Shown here: one piece after another, positions 1 through 8,225 of the stretch | Numbering within the stretch: position 1 is the stretch's first letter | Layout of the letters: every line of letters begins with the position of its first letter | Assembly (NCBI GenBank): GCA_045603265.1 | Contig: JAZULU010000259.1 | Span: 1-45,449 of the forward strand | Length of the DNA: 45,449 nt | Source of the DNA: Clostridia bacterium | GTDB lineage: Bacteria > Bacillota > Clostridia > Christensenellales > QALW01 | Reading direction: 5' to 3' | Position numbers and translations under genes: made by a program | The notes under the pieces: generated by a model | What the model was told of the DNA's origin: nothing | The model's database searches: none | Seen by the model: the letters and a program-made list of their open reading frames with translations, nothing else

Positions 1-1
1 G

Positions 2-208
2 CCCACAGAACGACATGGGTTCGATCCGACTTTTTTAATGTACGCTTGGAATGAGCACGACGAAGGCGGGTGGATATGTCCTACAATCGCAGTTGACGGA
101 GAAGGCAGACAGATTTTCGATAAAAACGGTAATCCTTTAATTAACCGCGAGAGAATAGATGCAGTTAAAAAAGTTACTTCAAAAATAAAATGTGAAAAAC
201 ATTTTTAA
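2..208 (+). CDS. 3' end of a CDS cut by the window edge; paralog of the N-terminal glycoside-hydrolase-like domain of the 740-aa protein at 8222-10444
   Basis: Frame 2 is open from the edge to TAA 206-208 (..FLMYAWNEHDEGGWICPTIAVDGEGRQIFDKNGNPLINRERIDAVKK..). It aligns with AYAWNEHDEGGWICPTLEVDANGRQLYNADGTPKINERRINATKA of 8222-10444. The similarity is also visible at DNA level (41-85 vs about 9224-9270). Confidence 0.6.
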   Translation, partial: PTERHGFDPTFLMYAWNEHDEGGWICPTIAVDGEGRQIFDKNGNPLINRERIDAVKKVTSKIKCEKHF

Positions 209-237
209 TATAAATAAATAAAAAAGGAGATAAAAAA

Positions 238-2835
238 ATGGGAAAGATCTTATCAATTCTGCTCAGCGTAGCAATCATGCTTTCTTGCATTGGGATAATT
301 TCCTTTGCACAAGAAAGTACTGATGCCGTAAAACTTATTAGTGATGCAGCATCAACGTTGGAAGGTCAGTCTTCTGTTCCGTCAGAAATCACAATTACCG
401 CCGGTCTTACAAGCCAAACTTGGAGACTTAGTCTTGCAGAAGATGCAACTTATGGTAAAGTTGTATGGTGGCGCGGTTCAACAGCCTACACTTACGCAGG
501 TCCTCAGTGGGCTTATGCAGATAACCTTAACAGTTATCTTGCGGAAAACGATGCTGAAAAGTACATCGTTACAATTTCAGCAAAAGTTAAATATGTAACA
601 GATGATGGTTCAGGTTCAGCAACTGATAAGTGCCTTACATTTGGCTTCCGTTCTTCTTCAGGAATGGATGGTTGGGGTGATGTAATCGGTTACAACACTT
701 GGGTTGACGCATCAGCTACTAAGGAACTTACAAAGGCTGAAGTTCAGGCATTAACTTCTTCAAAACTTACTTTTGATGGATATACCAAGGCGGCTAACAG
801 CGGTACTGATAAGGCTGTATTCTTTGATAGCGTACAGATGACCATTGAAACAGTTGAAGAAGAAGGTGGCGAGGTTATTACTCCTACCGAAAACAACCTT
901 ATTAGCACAGGTGCATCAAATTTTGAAGGTCAGACTTCAATTCCATCAGATATTTCATACGTTGGCACAGTTGCTTCTTGGCGTATGGGCCTTGCAGATG
1001 ATGCGGTTCAGGGCAAAGCCTTAAGATACCGTTGCCATGCTTCGGACACATATTCCGGTCCTCAGTGGGCATATGCAGATGCACTTAATTCATATCTTGC
1101 AGAAAATGATTTTGCAAAATATAAAGTAACAATTTCAGCAAAAGTTAAGTACGTAACAAGCCATGGCTCAGGTACTTTAGATGATGAATGCCTTTCATTT
1201 GGCTTGCGCAATTCTGCAGGTATGGATAGCTGGGGTAGGGTAAAAGGCTATAATGCTTGGGTAGAAGCAAGCTTTACAAAAGAACTTACAAAAGCTGAAG
1301 TTCAGGCATTGACATCAGCAAAGCTTACATTTGATGGTTATAGAAAGGCTGCTTATTCTGATTCAACAACAGAAAAGGCTATTTTCTTTGATGATATTAA
1401 ACTCGTTATTGAAAATATTGAGGAAGAAGTTGAGCCTACAACAAACCTTATCAGCACAGGCGCATCAAATTTTGAAGGTCAGACTTCAATCCCTAATGAT
1501 ATTACATACGTTGGCACAGTTGCTTCTTGGCGTATGGGTCTTGCAGACGATGCCGTTCAGGGCAAAGTATTAAGATACCGCAGAGCTTTTGCAGATACTT
1601 GGTCAGGCCCGCAGTGGGCATATTCAACAGCTCTTACTGAATATCTTGCAGAAAACGAAAGCGAAAGATATGTTGTAACGATTTCAGCAAAAGTTAAGTA
1701 CGTAACAAGCGATGGTTCAGGTTCAGCCGATGAAGAAGCAATGAAATTCGGTTTCCGTAACGGTAACTCCTTTACAAGTTGGGGTGAAGTTTTAGGCTTC
1801 AATAATTGGGTAGACGTTTCCTATTCAAAAATTTTAACAAGATCAGAACTTGAAGCTTTAGTTGGTTCAACACTTACCTTTGATGCTTATACAAAGGATG
1901 CTTATTCCGATTCAACAACAGAAAAGGCTATTTTCTATGATGATATTAAGATGATTGTTGAGGTTAATGATAAAAACATCATTAAAGGCGCAACGCTTGA
2001 TATTGGTTCAACTCTTACAATCAACTACTTTGCTGACCTTGATGATGCACACAAGGATGCAGTGTTAAAGGTTACACGTAACGATGCAACTGTTGAACTT
2101 AACGGTGTTTACGATGAAGAATACGGAATGTACAAGTTCGCATACACAGGCATCAATCCTCAGTGTATGGTTGATAACGTTTCCGCTTCTCTCGTATTTG
2201 ACGGTGAAGTAATTTCCGAAAAAGCAGAATATAGCGTAAAGAACTACTTTGCAAATATTAAGGCAAGCGATGCAACAAAACTTGGCATTACCGATGCACA
2301 GTATAACGCTCTTATTGCTCTTGCAAACGATACTCTTATCTATGGCAGAGAAGCACAGAAGCATATGAACTATAACTTAACTGAACTTGCAACTGACGGA
2401 TTTACATGGATCACAGAAGATGTAACAACACTTGCAACTCCTAATGAATTATTTAAGTCAGTTACAAATACAGATGCAAATAACAAGGTAGCTTCCGCAA
2501 CACTTAACATTTCAAACACAGTTAAGGTTTTATATCGCGTTAAACTTGCAAACAAGAACTTAACAGTTAAAGTAAACGGTGTTGAAGCAGAACTTGTTGC
2601 AACCGGTAACGCTAACGAGTATTTAGTATATTCAGAAGCATTAAAGGCAACTGATTTCAATAAGGCTTACACTATTACAATTACTGACGGGGCAAATGAA
2701 ATCAGCAAAGTAGTTTACAGCGTAAACGACTATATTGCTTATATTGCTGCTAAGGGTGAAACTTCATCATTGTATAATGTTGTAAAAGCATTAAATAACT
2801 ATGGCATCAGCGCAGTAGCATTTAAAAATGCATAA
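238..2835 (+). CDS. Secreted protein with three tandem CBM-like (jelly-roll carbohydrate-binding type) modules plus an uncharacterised ~275-aa C-terminal domain
   Basis: AAGGAG lies 8 nt upstream of the ATG. Signal peptide MGKILSILLSVAIMLSCIGIISFA/QE. Modules at aa 32-205, 219-393 and 402-576 share SGPQWAY..L..YLAEN..(K/R)Y.VTISAKVKYVT..GSG and a (F/Y)(F/Y)D(D/S)(I/V) end. Residues ~580-865 (KGATLDIGSTLTINYF..YTGINPQCM..) are homologous to aa 427-703 of 8222-10444. Confidence 0.85.
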   Translation: MGKILSILLSVAIMLSCIGIISFAQESTDAVKLISDAASTLEGQSSVPSEITITAGLTSQTWRLSLAEDATYGKVVWWRGSTAYTYAGPQWAYADNLNSYLAENDAEKYIVTISAKVKYVTDDGSGSATDKCLTFGFRSSSGMDGWGDVIGYNTWVDASATKELTKAEVQALTSSKLTFDGYTKAANSGTDKAVFFDSVQMTIETVEEEGGEVITPTENNLISTGASNFEGQTSIPSDISYVGTVASWRMGLADDAVQGKALRYRCHASDTYSGPQWAYADALNSYLAENDFAKYKVTISAKVKYVTSHGSGTLDDECLSFGLRNSAGMDSWGRVKGYNAWVEASFTKELTKAEVQALTSAKLTFDGYRKAAYSDSTTEKAIFFDDIKLVIENIEEEVEPTTNLISTGASNFEGQTSIPNDITYVGTVASWRMGLADDAVQGKVLRYRRAFADTWSGPQWAYSTALTEYLAENESERYVVTISAKVKYVTSDGSGSADEEAMKFGFRNGNSFTSWGEVLGFNNWVDVSYSKILTRSELEALVGSTLTFDAYTKDAYSDSTTEKAIFYDDIKMIVEVNDKNIIKGATLDIGSTLTINYFADLDDAHKDAVLKVTRNDATVELNGVYDEEYGMYKFAYTGINPQCMVDNVSASLVFDGEVISEKAEYSVKNYFANIKASDATKLGITDAQYNALIALANDTLIYGREAQKHMNYNLTELATDGFTWITEDVTTLATPNELFKSVTNTDANNKVASATLNISNTVKVLYRVKLANKNLTVKVNGVEAELVATGNANEYLVYSEALKATDFNKAYTITITDGANEISKVVYSVNDYIAYIAAKGETSSLYNVVKALNNYGISAVAFKNA
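892..1965 (+). repeat. Intragenic tandem DNA repeat (modules 2 and 3 of the 865-aa protein, 892-1416 and 1441-1965)
   Basis: Long near-identical stretches, e.g. aaccttat(t/c)agcacagg(t/c)gcatcaaattttgaaggtcagacttcaat...acgttggcacagttgcttcttggcgtatggg, occur in both units. Confidence 0.8.
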
Positions 2836-2847
2836 TGAGGTGATAAT

Positions 2848-2961
2848 ATGAAGAAATATGAAAAACCCGAAATTGAAGTAACTGAAATATTCAGAAATGA
2901 CGTGTTCACTCAGAGCGGTGGCGACGGAGATTTCGATTTAGAAGAAGAACCTTTTAATTAA
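2848..2961 (+). CDS. Unlisted 37-aa acidic small ORF (MKKYEKPEIEVTEIFRNDVFTQSGGDGDFDLEEEPFN), homologous to the C-terminal tail of the 740-aa protein
   Basis: SD GAGGTG at 2837-2842, ATG at 2848, TAA at 2959-2961. Same frame as 238-2835, separated only by TAA TGA GGT GAT AAT. It parallels ..GGDDDFIFGDEDTFPEVIIPEGDGDITFNDEEIF at the end of 8222-10444. It is below the 60-aa cutoff of the ORF track. Confidence 0.45.
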   Translation: MKKYEKPEIEVTEIFRNDVFTQSGGDGDFDLEEEPFN

Positions 2962-2975
2962 GGAGTGAAACCATT

Positions 2976-5900
2976 TTGAAAAAAATCTTATCTATAGCAC
3001 TTGTGCTTGCGATAGTTATTTCTTGCGTAAGTATGATTACTTTCGGTCCGACAGGTAGCGCTAAAAGCGCTAACCTGTTGCCCGATGAGATTTCTGATTT
3101 TACTAACGGTGTAACAACCCACGAAAATCTTACTTACCTTAATGGAGGACACATCTATTCAAAAGCAATAAGTGCAGGCGCACTTACCGTAAACTATTAC
3201 GGTTATGCATCAAACTACACAACACCAATGTGGCTTTTAGGCAAATATATTAAGGCCTATGCAACTGAAAATTCTGCTGATAGTTATACTGTTGAAGTAT
3301 CAATGGACGTTAAGGGAAGCATAAATTCAGCAAACTTATCTGTTCGCAGATTTGGTGAGGCTTCCGATAACAAGGTAAATAATTTGTCATCAGGCACGTT
3401 TAATGCTGACACCTTTACAACTGTTTCAGGAACTTTCACCCTTACAAAAGCAGAGGTTAATGCTTCGGATGATACTTGGTATGCTCTTTGTTTAGCAAAC
3501 ATTTCAAGGCCTGCAACCTTGGGCGGAGTAGTTTTTGATAACGTAACTTTAAAAATTACTGCAGTTGGCGCGGCAACACCGGTTTCGACACAAGCACCTA
3601 CACCTACTGCAACTACTGCACCTGAAAAACCGATTGGTTTATTGCCTATAGAAATTTCTGTTTTCGGTGCAAACGGAGTAACAACTCACGAGCATATGGG
3701 CAACTCTGTTGACAAAAATCGCTTTAATGCACCTTCTATTGTTGACGGCGCATTTGCTATCACTAAGTTAAATGCAGGCTGGGTAGAAACTGCGGCAGCA
3801 CCTACTTGGATTTTAGCACCTTATATTAAGGCATATGCAACAGAAAATCCTGCAGAAAGTTATGATATTGTTGTTTCAATGGATGTTAAGGGTGCGTTAG
3901 GCACAACAAGCCTTATTTTCCGTCAATCAAACGTAGGCAACCAATGGGGACTTAAATATTTTGAGTCAAAAGAATTTACTGCTGATAAGTTTACAACTGT
4001 TTCAGGTGCGGTAAATCTTACAAGCACACAGATTTCAGAGGCAAGTGCCAACGGCTATGCACTTTGCCTTGAGAATATTCCCCGTGGCGTAACAACTTAC
4101 TTTGATAACATTGTGTTAAAGGTAACGGCAGTTAATCCGGTAACACCTACACCTGTTGTAACCCAAACACCGGTTGCAACCCAAACACCAATAGCATCTC
4201 CTACGGCAACACCCGTAGCAACCCCAACACCTACACCCTCGATTCAGAAGCCTCACGAAGGCTTGTTGCCTGAAGAAATTTCAGTTTTTGATGGCATGGG
4301 CGTAACAACTCACGAGCATATGGGCAACTCTGTTGATAAAAACCGTTTTAACGCACCTACTATTGTTGACGGAGCAATTCGTTTTTCAAAACTTAATGCA
4401 GGCTGGGTAGAAACTGCGGCGGCACCTACTTGGATTTTAGCACCTTACATTAAGGCCTTTGCAACAGAATATCCTGCGGATAGTTATGATATAAAGGTAT
4501 CAATGGATGTTAAGGGCGCAGTTGGCACAACAAGCCTTATTTTCCGCAACTCAAACGTAGGTAATAAGTGGGGACTTAAGTATTTTGAGTCAAAGGAATT
4601 TACCGCTGATAAGTTTACAACTGTTTCAGGCAACGTTTCTATGACTTATGATCAAATTTCAGAAGCATCTGAAAACGGCTATGCACTTTGCCTTGAAAAC
4701 ATTCCTCTTGGTGCAACGGTTTATTTTGATAACATTGTTTTAACAATAGTACCTAAAACTGTTGAGCCTATCGGCTTATTGCCCAATGAAATTTCAATTT
4801 TCAATAGCGGCAACAAAGCACATCCTCACCTTGTATATAAGGAAACAGATGGACATATTTATTCAAAGAATGTTCTTGACAGCGAAGAGTTAAGCGTTGC
4901 TTATAAGGCACCTGCTGATAAAAACAACACACCTATGTGGCTCTTGGGTTCATATATCAAAAACTTTGCAACTTTAAATGATGCAAAGGCATATAAGGTT
5001 GAAATTGCAATGGACGTTAAGGGCGGTATCACAAGCGCTGATATGATTATCCGCAGATTCGGTAGTGAAGATGATAACAAAGTAAAAATCATTAAAGAGT
5101 CTGTTGGCCTTAACGGTGAAACATATACCACTATTTCAGGCGTGTTCTATTTAAGCAAAGAGGATGCTCTGAAAGCAACTGAAACACAGTATGCCCTTGC
5201 AGTTGATAAGATTGCATTAAAAGATGCAAACAGCGGTTCTTGGGGCACACTTAACAGCGTTCAGTTTGATAATATCGTTTTAAAGGTTTATACTGCTGAA
5301 AAGGTTATTGAAATTCCTCTTGATGAAAAGGAGGTTTATAACGGCGATGCAGAAGACGGCTTAAAGAACTGGTCAGTATTCTCATCCCTTGGCGGTAAAA
5401 TTGAACTTTCAACTGATACAAAATCAGGTACGGGACATTCAGTTAAATATTCAAGCCCCTATAATGCTTACGGCTCGATCGGCTTTAATTTAGGCCCTGC
5501 CATAATTGAAGACGAACTTATGGGATATAAGGGCAGAGGTAACGGTACTTACGTGCTTTCCTTTGATGCTAAGGCAACAAGCAAAGCAACGGTAACACCT
5601 ATTCTTAACTCACAAGCACATGCTGATTTAAGATATGCCGCAGCCAACACCAACATTGAACTTACAACAAAGTGGAAATCATATCAGGTTCGTGTTGAAA
5701 TTACCGATAAGGTGCTTGATGACATCAAGAAGGCATATAAAGCAGGACAGACAAATGCTTACGACATTATTTTAAGAATTGATGCCGCAAAGTCACTTTA
5801 TAAGTCAAACACCAATGGTGCTTACTGGATTGATAACGTTTCTATCAAATACGTTGAAGGTAGTGGTGCCGCACAGGATAGATATAACTGGCTTATGAGA

Positions 5901-6491
5901 AATGCTGACGGCGTTAAGTTCTCACTTAATAAGGACTTATGGGACGGCTGGATCGTAACAAGCGCAGGCATGCTTTCAAAAAGTGACGTTAAGGATGGCT
6001 ATGCCGAAAAGTCAATTACCATCAAAAACACAAGTAATGAAGATATTTATATAAGAATGTTCCTTCAAACAACCCTTAAGCTTTCAAATGGCTCAACTAC
6101 TTGGGCGGGTCCTGAAGGTGCTAACAGCGAACTTATCCAGATTCCTGCAGGCGAAAGCAAAGTGATAAGTGCAAAAGTACCTGTTAAAAACAACAAAGTT
6201 GAAGTCGAATATGGCGGAAAGACTTATAAATGCGACCTTTCAACCTTCTTCATTCGCTTTAACTTTGAAAAAGGTATCTTTAAGGGCAACTCATTTATTA
6301 TCGAATGTAAAAACAGCGACGTTCCGAGATTCCTTTCATTTATGGCAATAGATAAGCAAAATTGGACGGCAGTTGCTTTTGCATCACAAACAAAAACAGG
6401 CGATGAGGTTCTTTGGATCCCTGCTTGTCTGATTTTAATAACAATCCCCGCATTTACAGTTTTAGCTGTAAAAAAGAGAAAAGAACAATAA
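2976..6491 (+). CDS. Large cell-surface multi-CBM-like protein (1171 aa) with Pro/Thr linkers and a C-terminal hydrophobic anchor plus basic tail
   Basis: TTG start with AGGAGTG 8 nt upstream, followed by a signal peptide. Four ~165-aa modules (aa 34-196, 221-386, 429-593, 600-773) each end in (F/Y)FDN(V/I)(T/V)LK-like strands. PT-rich linkers (e.g. TPTPVVTQTPVATQTPIASPTATPVATPTPTP). A CBM4/9-type module follows (EVYNGDAEDGLKNW...YWIDNVSIKYV). The tail is QTKTGDEVLWIPACLILITIPAFTVLAVKKRKEQ. Confidence 0.85.
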   Translation: MKKILSIALVLAIVISCVSMITFGPTGSAKSANLLPDEISDFTNGVTTHENLTYLNGGHIYSKAISAGALTVNYYGYASNYTTPMWLLGKYIKAYATENSADSYTVEVSMDVKGSINSANLSVRRFGEASDNKVNNLSSGTFNADTFTTVSGTFTLTKAEVNASDDTWYALCLANISRPATLGGVVFDNVTLKITAVGAATPVSTQAPTPTATTAPEKPIGLLPIEISVFGANGVTTHEHMGNSVDKNRFNAPSIVDGAFAITKLNAGWVETAAAPTWILAPYIKAYATENPAESYDIVVSMDVKGALGTTSLIFRQSNVGNQWGLKYFESKEFTADKFTTVSGAVNLTSTQISEASANGYALCLENIPRGVTTYFDNIVLKVTAVNPVTPTPVVTQTPVATQTPIASPTATPVATPTPTPSIQKPHEGLLPEEISVFDGMGVTTHEHMGNSVDKNRFNAPTIVDGAIRFSKLNAGWVETAAAPTWILAPYIKAFATEYPADSYDIKVSMDVKGAVGTTSLIFRNSNVGNKWGLKYFESKEFTADKFTTVSGNVSMTYDQISEASENGYALCLENIPLGATVYFDNIVLTIVPKTVEPIGLLPNEISIFNSGNKAHPHLVYKETDGHIYSKNVLDSEELSVAYKAPADKNNTPMWLLGSYIKNFATLNDAKAYKVEIAMDVKGGITSADMIIRRFGSEDDNKVKIIKESVGLNGETYTTISGVFYLSKEDALKATETQYALAVDKIALKDANSGSWGTLNSVQFDNIVLKVYTAEKVIEIPLDEKEVYNGDAEDGLKNWSVFSSLGGKIELSTDTKSGTGHSVKYSSPYNAYGSIGFNLGPAIIEDELMGYKGRGNGTYVLSFDAKATSKATVTPILNSQAHADLRYAAANTNIELTTKWKSYQVRVEITDKVLDDIKKAYKAGQTNAYDIILRIDAAKSLYKSNTNGAYWIDNVSIKYVEGSGAAQDRYNWLMRNADGVKFSLNKDLWDGWIVTSAGMLSKSDVKDGYAEKSITIKNTSNEDIYIRMFLQTTLKLSNGSTTWAGPEGANSELIQIPAGESKVISAKVPVKNNKVEVEYGGKTYKCDLSTFFIRFNFEKGIFKGNSFIIECKNSDVPRFLSFMAIDKQNWTAVAFASQTKTGDEVLWIPACLILITIPAFTVLAVKKRKEQ
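3636..4754 (+). repeat. Intragenic direct DNA repeat (modules 2 and 3 of the 1171-aa protein, 3636-4133 and 4260-4754)
   Basis: The two units encode nearly the same peptide (GLLP.EISVF...GVTTHEHMGNSVDKNRFNAP.IVDGA...LNAGWVETAAAPTWILAPYIKA.ATE.PA(E/D)SYDI.VSMDVKGA.GTTSLIFR.SNVGN.WGLKYFESKEFTADKFTTVSG) with long identical nucleotide runs. Confidence 0.8.
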
Positions 6492-6496
6492 TTTTT

Positions 6497-6529
6497 AGGG
6501 GGATGTAAAAATTACGTCCCCCTCTTTTT
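6497..6529 (+). terminator. Rho-independent terminator after the 1171-aa gene
   Basis: agggggatgt / aaaaatt / acgtccccct forms a 10-bp stem with one G-U pair, followed by cttttt. Confidence 0.6.
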
Positions 6530-6542
6530 AAGGAGAAAAAAT

Positions 6543-8225
6543 ATGATTTTATTTCCATATCCACAAAAAGTTAAAATTTTTGAAGAATTAAACGAAAACA
6601 ACACAGTAACTTACGTTACGGATACAACTCTTAATAAAGAAGAGTACAAAATAAATATTGAAAAAGACAAAATTTCTGTTTTTGCAAAGGGCGCAGAAGG
6701 TTTCTTCCGTGCAAACACAACCTTAAAACAGATTTTTGATAACGATAAAATTTCTTGTATGGAGATCCACGATTGGCCTACAGTTGAAAACCGCGGAATG
6801 ATGCTTGATATTTCAAGAAGTAAAATTCCTACATTGGAAACACTTTTAAAATTAGTTGATTTTTTTGCTGATTTAAAAATCAATCAGCTTCAATTATATA
6901 TGGAAGGCTATCCTTTTGAATATAAAAGTTTTCCTGAAGTTTGCAAAAACACAACTCCCTTAACGCCTGAAGAAATTAAATTCCTTGATAAATACTGTAA
7001 GGAAAAATTTATCACACTTATTCCCAACCAGAACTGCTTTGGTCATATGTCGCCTTGGCTTATAAGAGAAGAATTTAAGCACCTTGCAGAATGTCCTGAC
7101 GGCTTTATTTATGCCAACGAGCAATGGCTTCCTCATAGCCTTAATCCGTTAAATGATGAGAGTTTTGAATTTGTAAAAACGCTGTTTAACGATTTATTGC
7201 CTAACTTTACCGCAGACACCGTCAACATTAACTGCGATGAAACCTTAGAACTTGGCTGGGGCAAATCAAAGGAAATCTGCGAAGAAAAAGGCAAGCACAG
7301 AGTTTATTTTGACTATCTCTTAAAGGTTATCGAGTTCATTCAGTCAAAGGGTAAGAAAGTAATGTTCTGGGGTGACATTATCAATGAAGCACCTGAACTT
7401 TTGAAAGAATTGCCTGAAAACGTTATTCCCATAAACTGGGGATATGCTCCCTTCAATCCTTCTGAACAGGCTTGTCAGGAATATGAAAAGTTAAATCTTA
7501 AATTCTATAATGCGCCCGGCACACAAAGTTGGAACACCATTTTAGGTAACACCGAAACAATGCTTGTTAATGCTGAAAATGCAGTAAACCGCGTTGTTCA
7601 GTATGGCGGTATCGGCGTTCTTGATACTGACTGGGGCGATTTAAACCATCCGCAGTATTTGTCAATAAGTTATCTTCCTTTTGCATATTTTAGCGCAATA
7701 AGTTGGAATAATACCGCTGAAAAGCAAAGAGAATTTATTTATGATTATCTTAACAAATACGTTTTCAAGGATGAAAGCAACCGTTTTGCACAACTTATGG
7801 CAGATGCCGGCAGATACCAAAGTAAATTTGATTTTTCCAAAACAAAACGCGGCTTTGTAATCGGCATTTTATATTATCATCTTAACGAAATGTCGATGGC
7901 TGAAAACGGCGAAATAAGTGAAGTTGATAAACTTGAAAAGTATCTTGACGAGATTGAAAACAGAGCCAATGAAATCACTTTAAAGGGTGATGAGGGCAAA
8001 CTTATTATGGAGGAATTCTATAATTCAATCCGTATTATGCGTTTTACTTGTGAACTTGCAAGATATAAGCTTGATGTGGAAAACAGGGAAGAGCATCTTA
8101 AAAACATAACCCAAATGGAAGAAGTAATTATCCCCGAACACAAGCGTTTATGGAGAACCCGCAATAAGGAAAGCGGACTTAAGGACAGCGTAAGAAGAAT
8201 AATTAAAACGAGGGCAGATATATGA
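6543..8225 (+). CDS. GH20-like glycoside hydrolase (beta-N-acetylhexosaminidase family), cytoplasmic (no signal peptide)
   Basis: AAGGAG SD. The motif IHDWPTVENRGMMLDISRSKIPTLETLLKLVDFFADLKINQLQLYMEG matches the D.P.(F/V).(Y/N)RG.MLD..R start of the GH20 catalytic barrel. INCDET occupies the position of the catalytic D-E pair. The stop overlaps the next start (ATGA). Confidence 0.65.
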   Translation: MILFPYPQKVKIFEELNENNTVTYVTDTTLNKEEYKINIEKDKISVFAKGAEGFFRANTTLKQIFDNDKISCMEIHDWPTVENRGMMLDISRSKIPTLETLLKLVDFFADLKINQLQLYMEGYPFEYKSFPEVCKNTTPLTPEEIKFLDKYCKEKFITLIPNQNCFGHMSPWLIREEFKHLAECPDGFIYANEQWLPHSLNPLNDESFEFVKTLFNDLLPNFTADTVNINCDETLELGWGKSKEICEEKGKHRVYFDYLLKVIEFIQSKGKKVMFWGDIINEAPELLKELPENVIPINWGYAPFNPSEQACQEYEKLNLKFYNAPGTQSWNTILGNTETMLVNAENAVNRVVQYGGIGVLDTDWGDLNHPQYLSISYLPFAYFSAISWNNTAEKQREFIYDYLNKYVFKDESNRFAQLMADAGRYQSKFDFSKTKRGFVIGILYYHLNEMSMAENGEISEVDKLEKYLDEIENRANEITLKGDEGKLIMEEFYNSIRIMRFTCELARYKLDVENREEHLKNITQMEEVIIPEHKRLWRTRNKESGLKDSVRRIIKTRADI

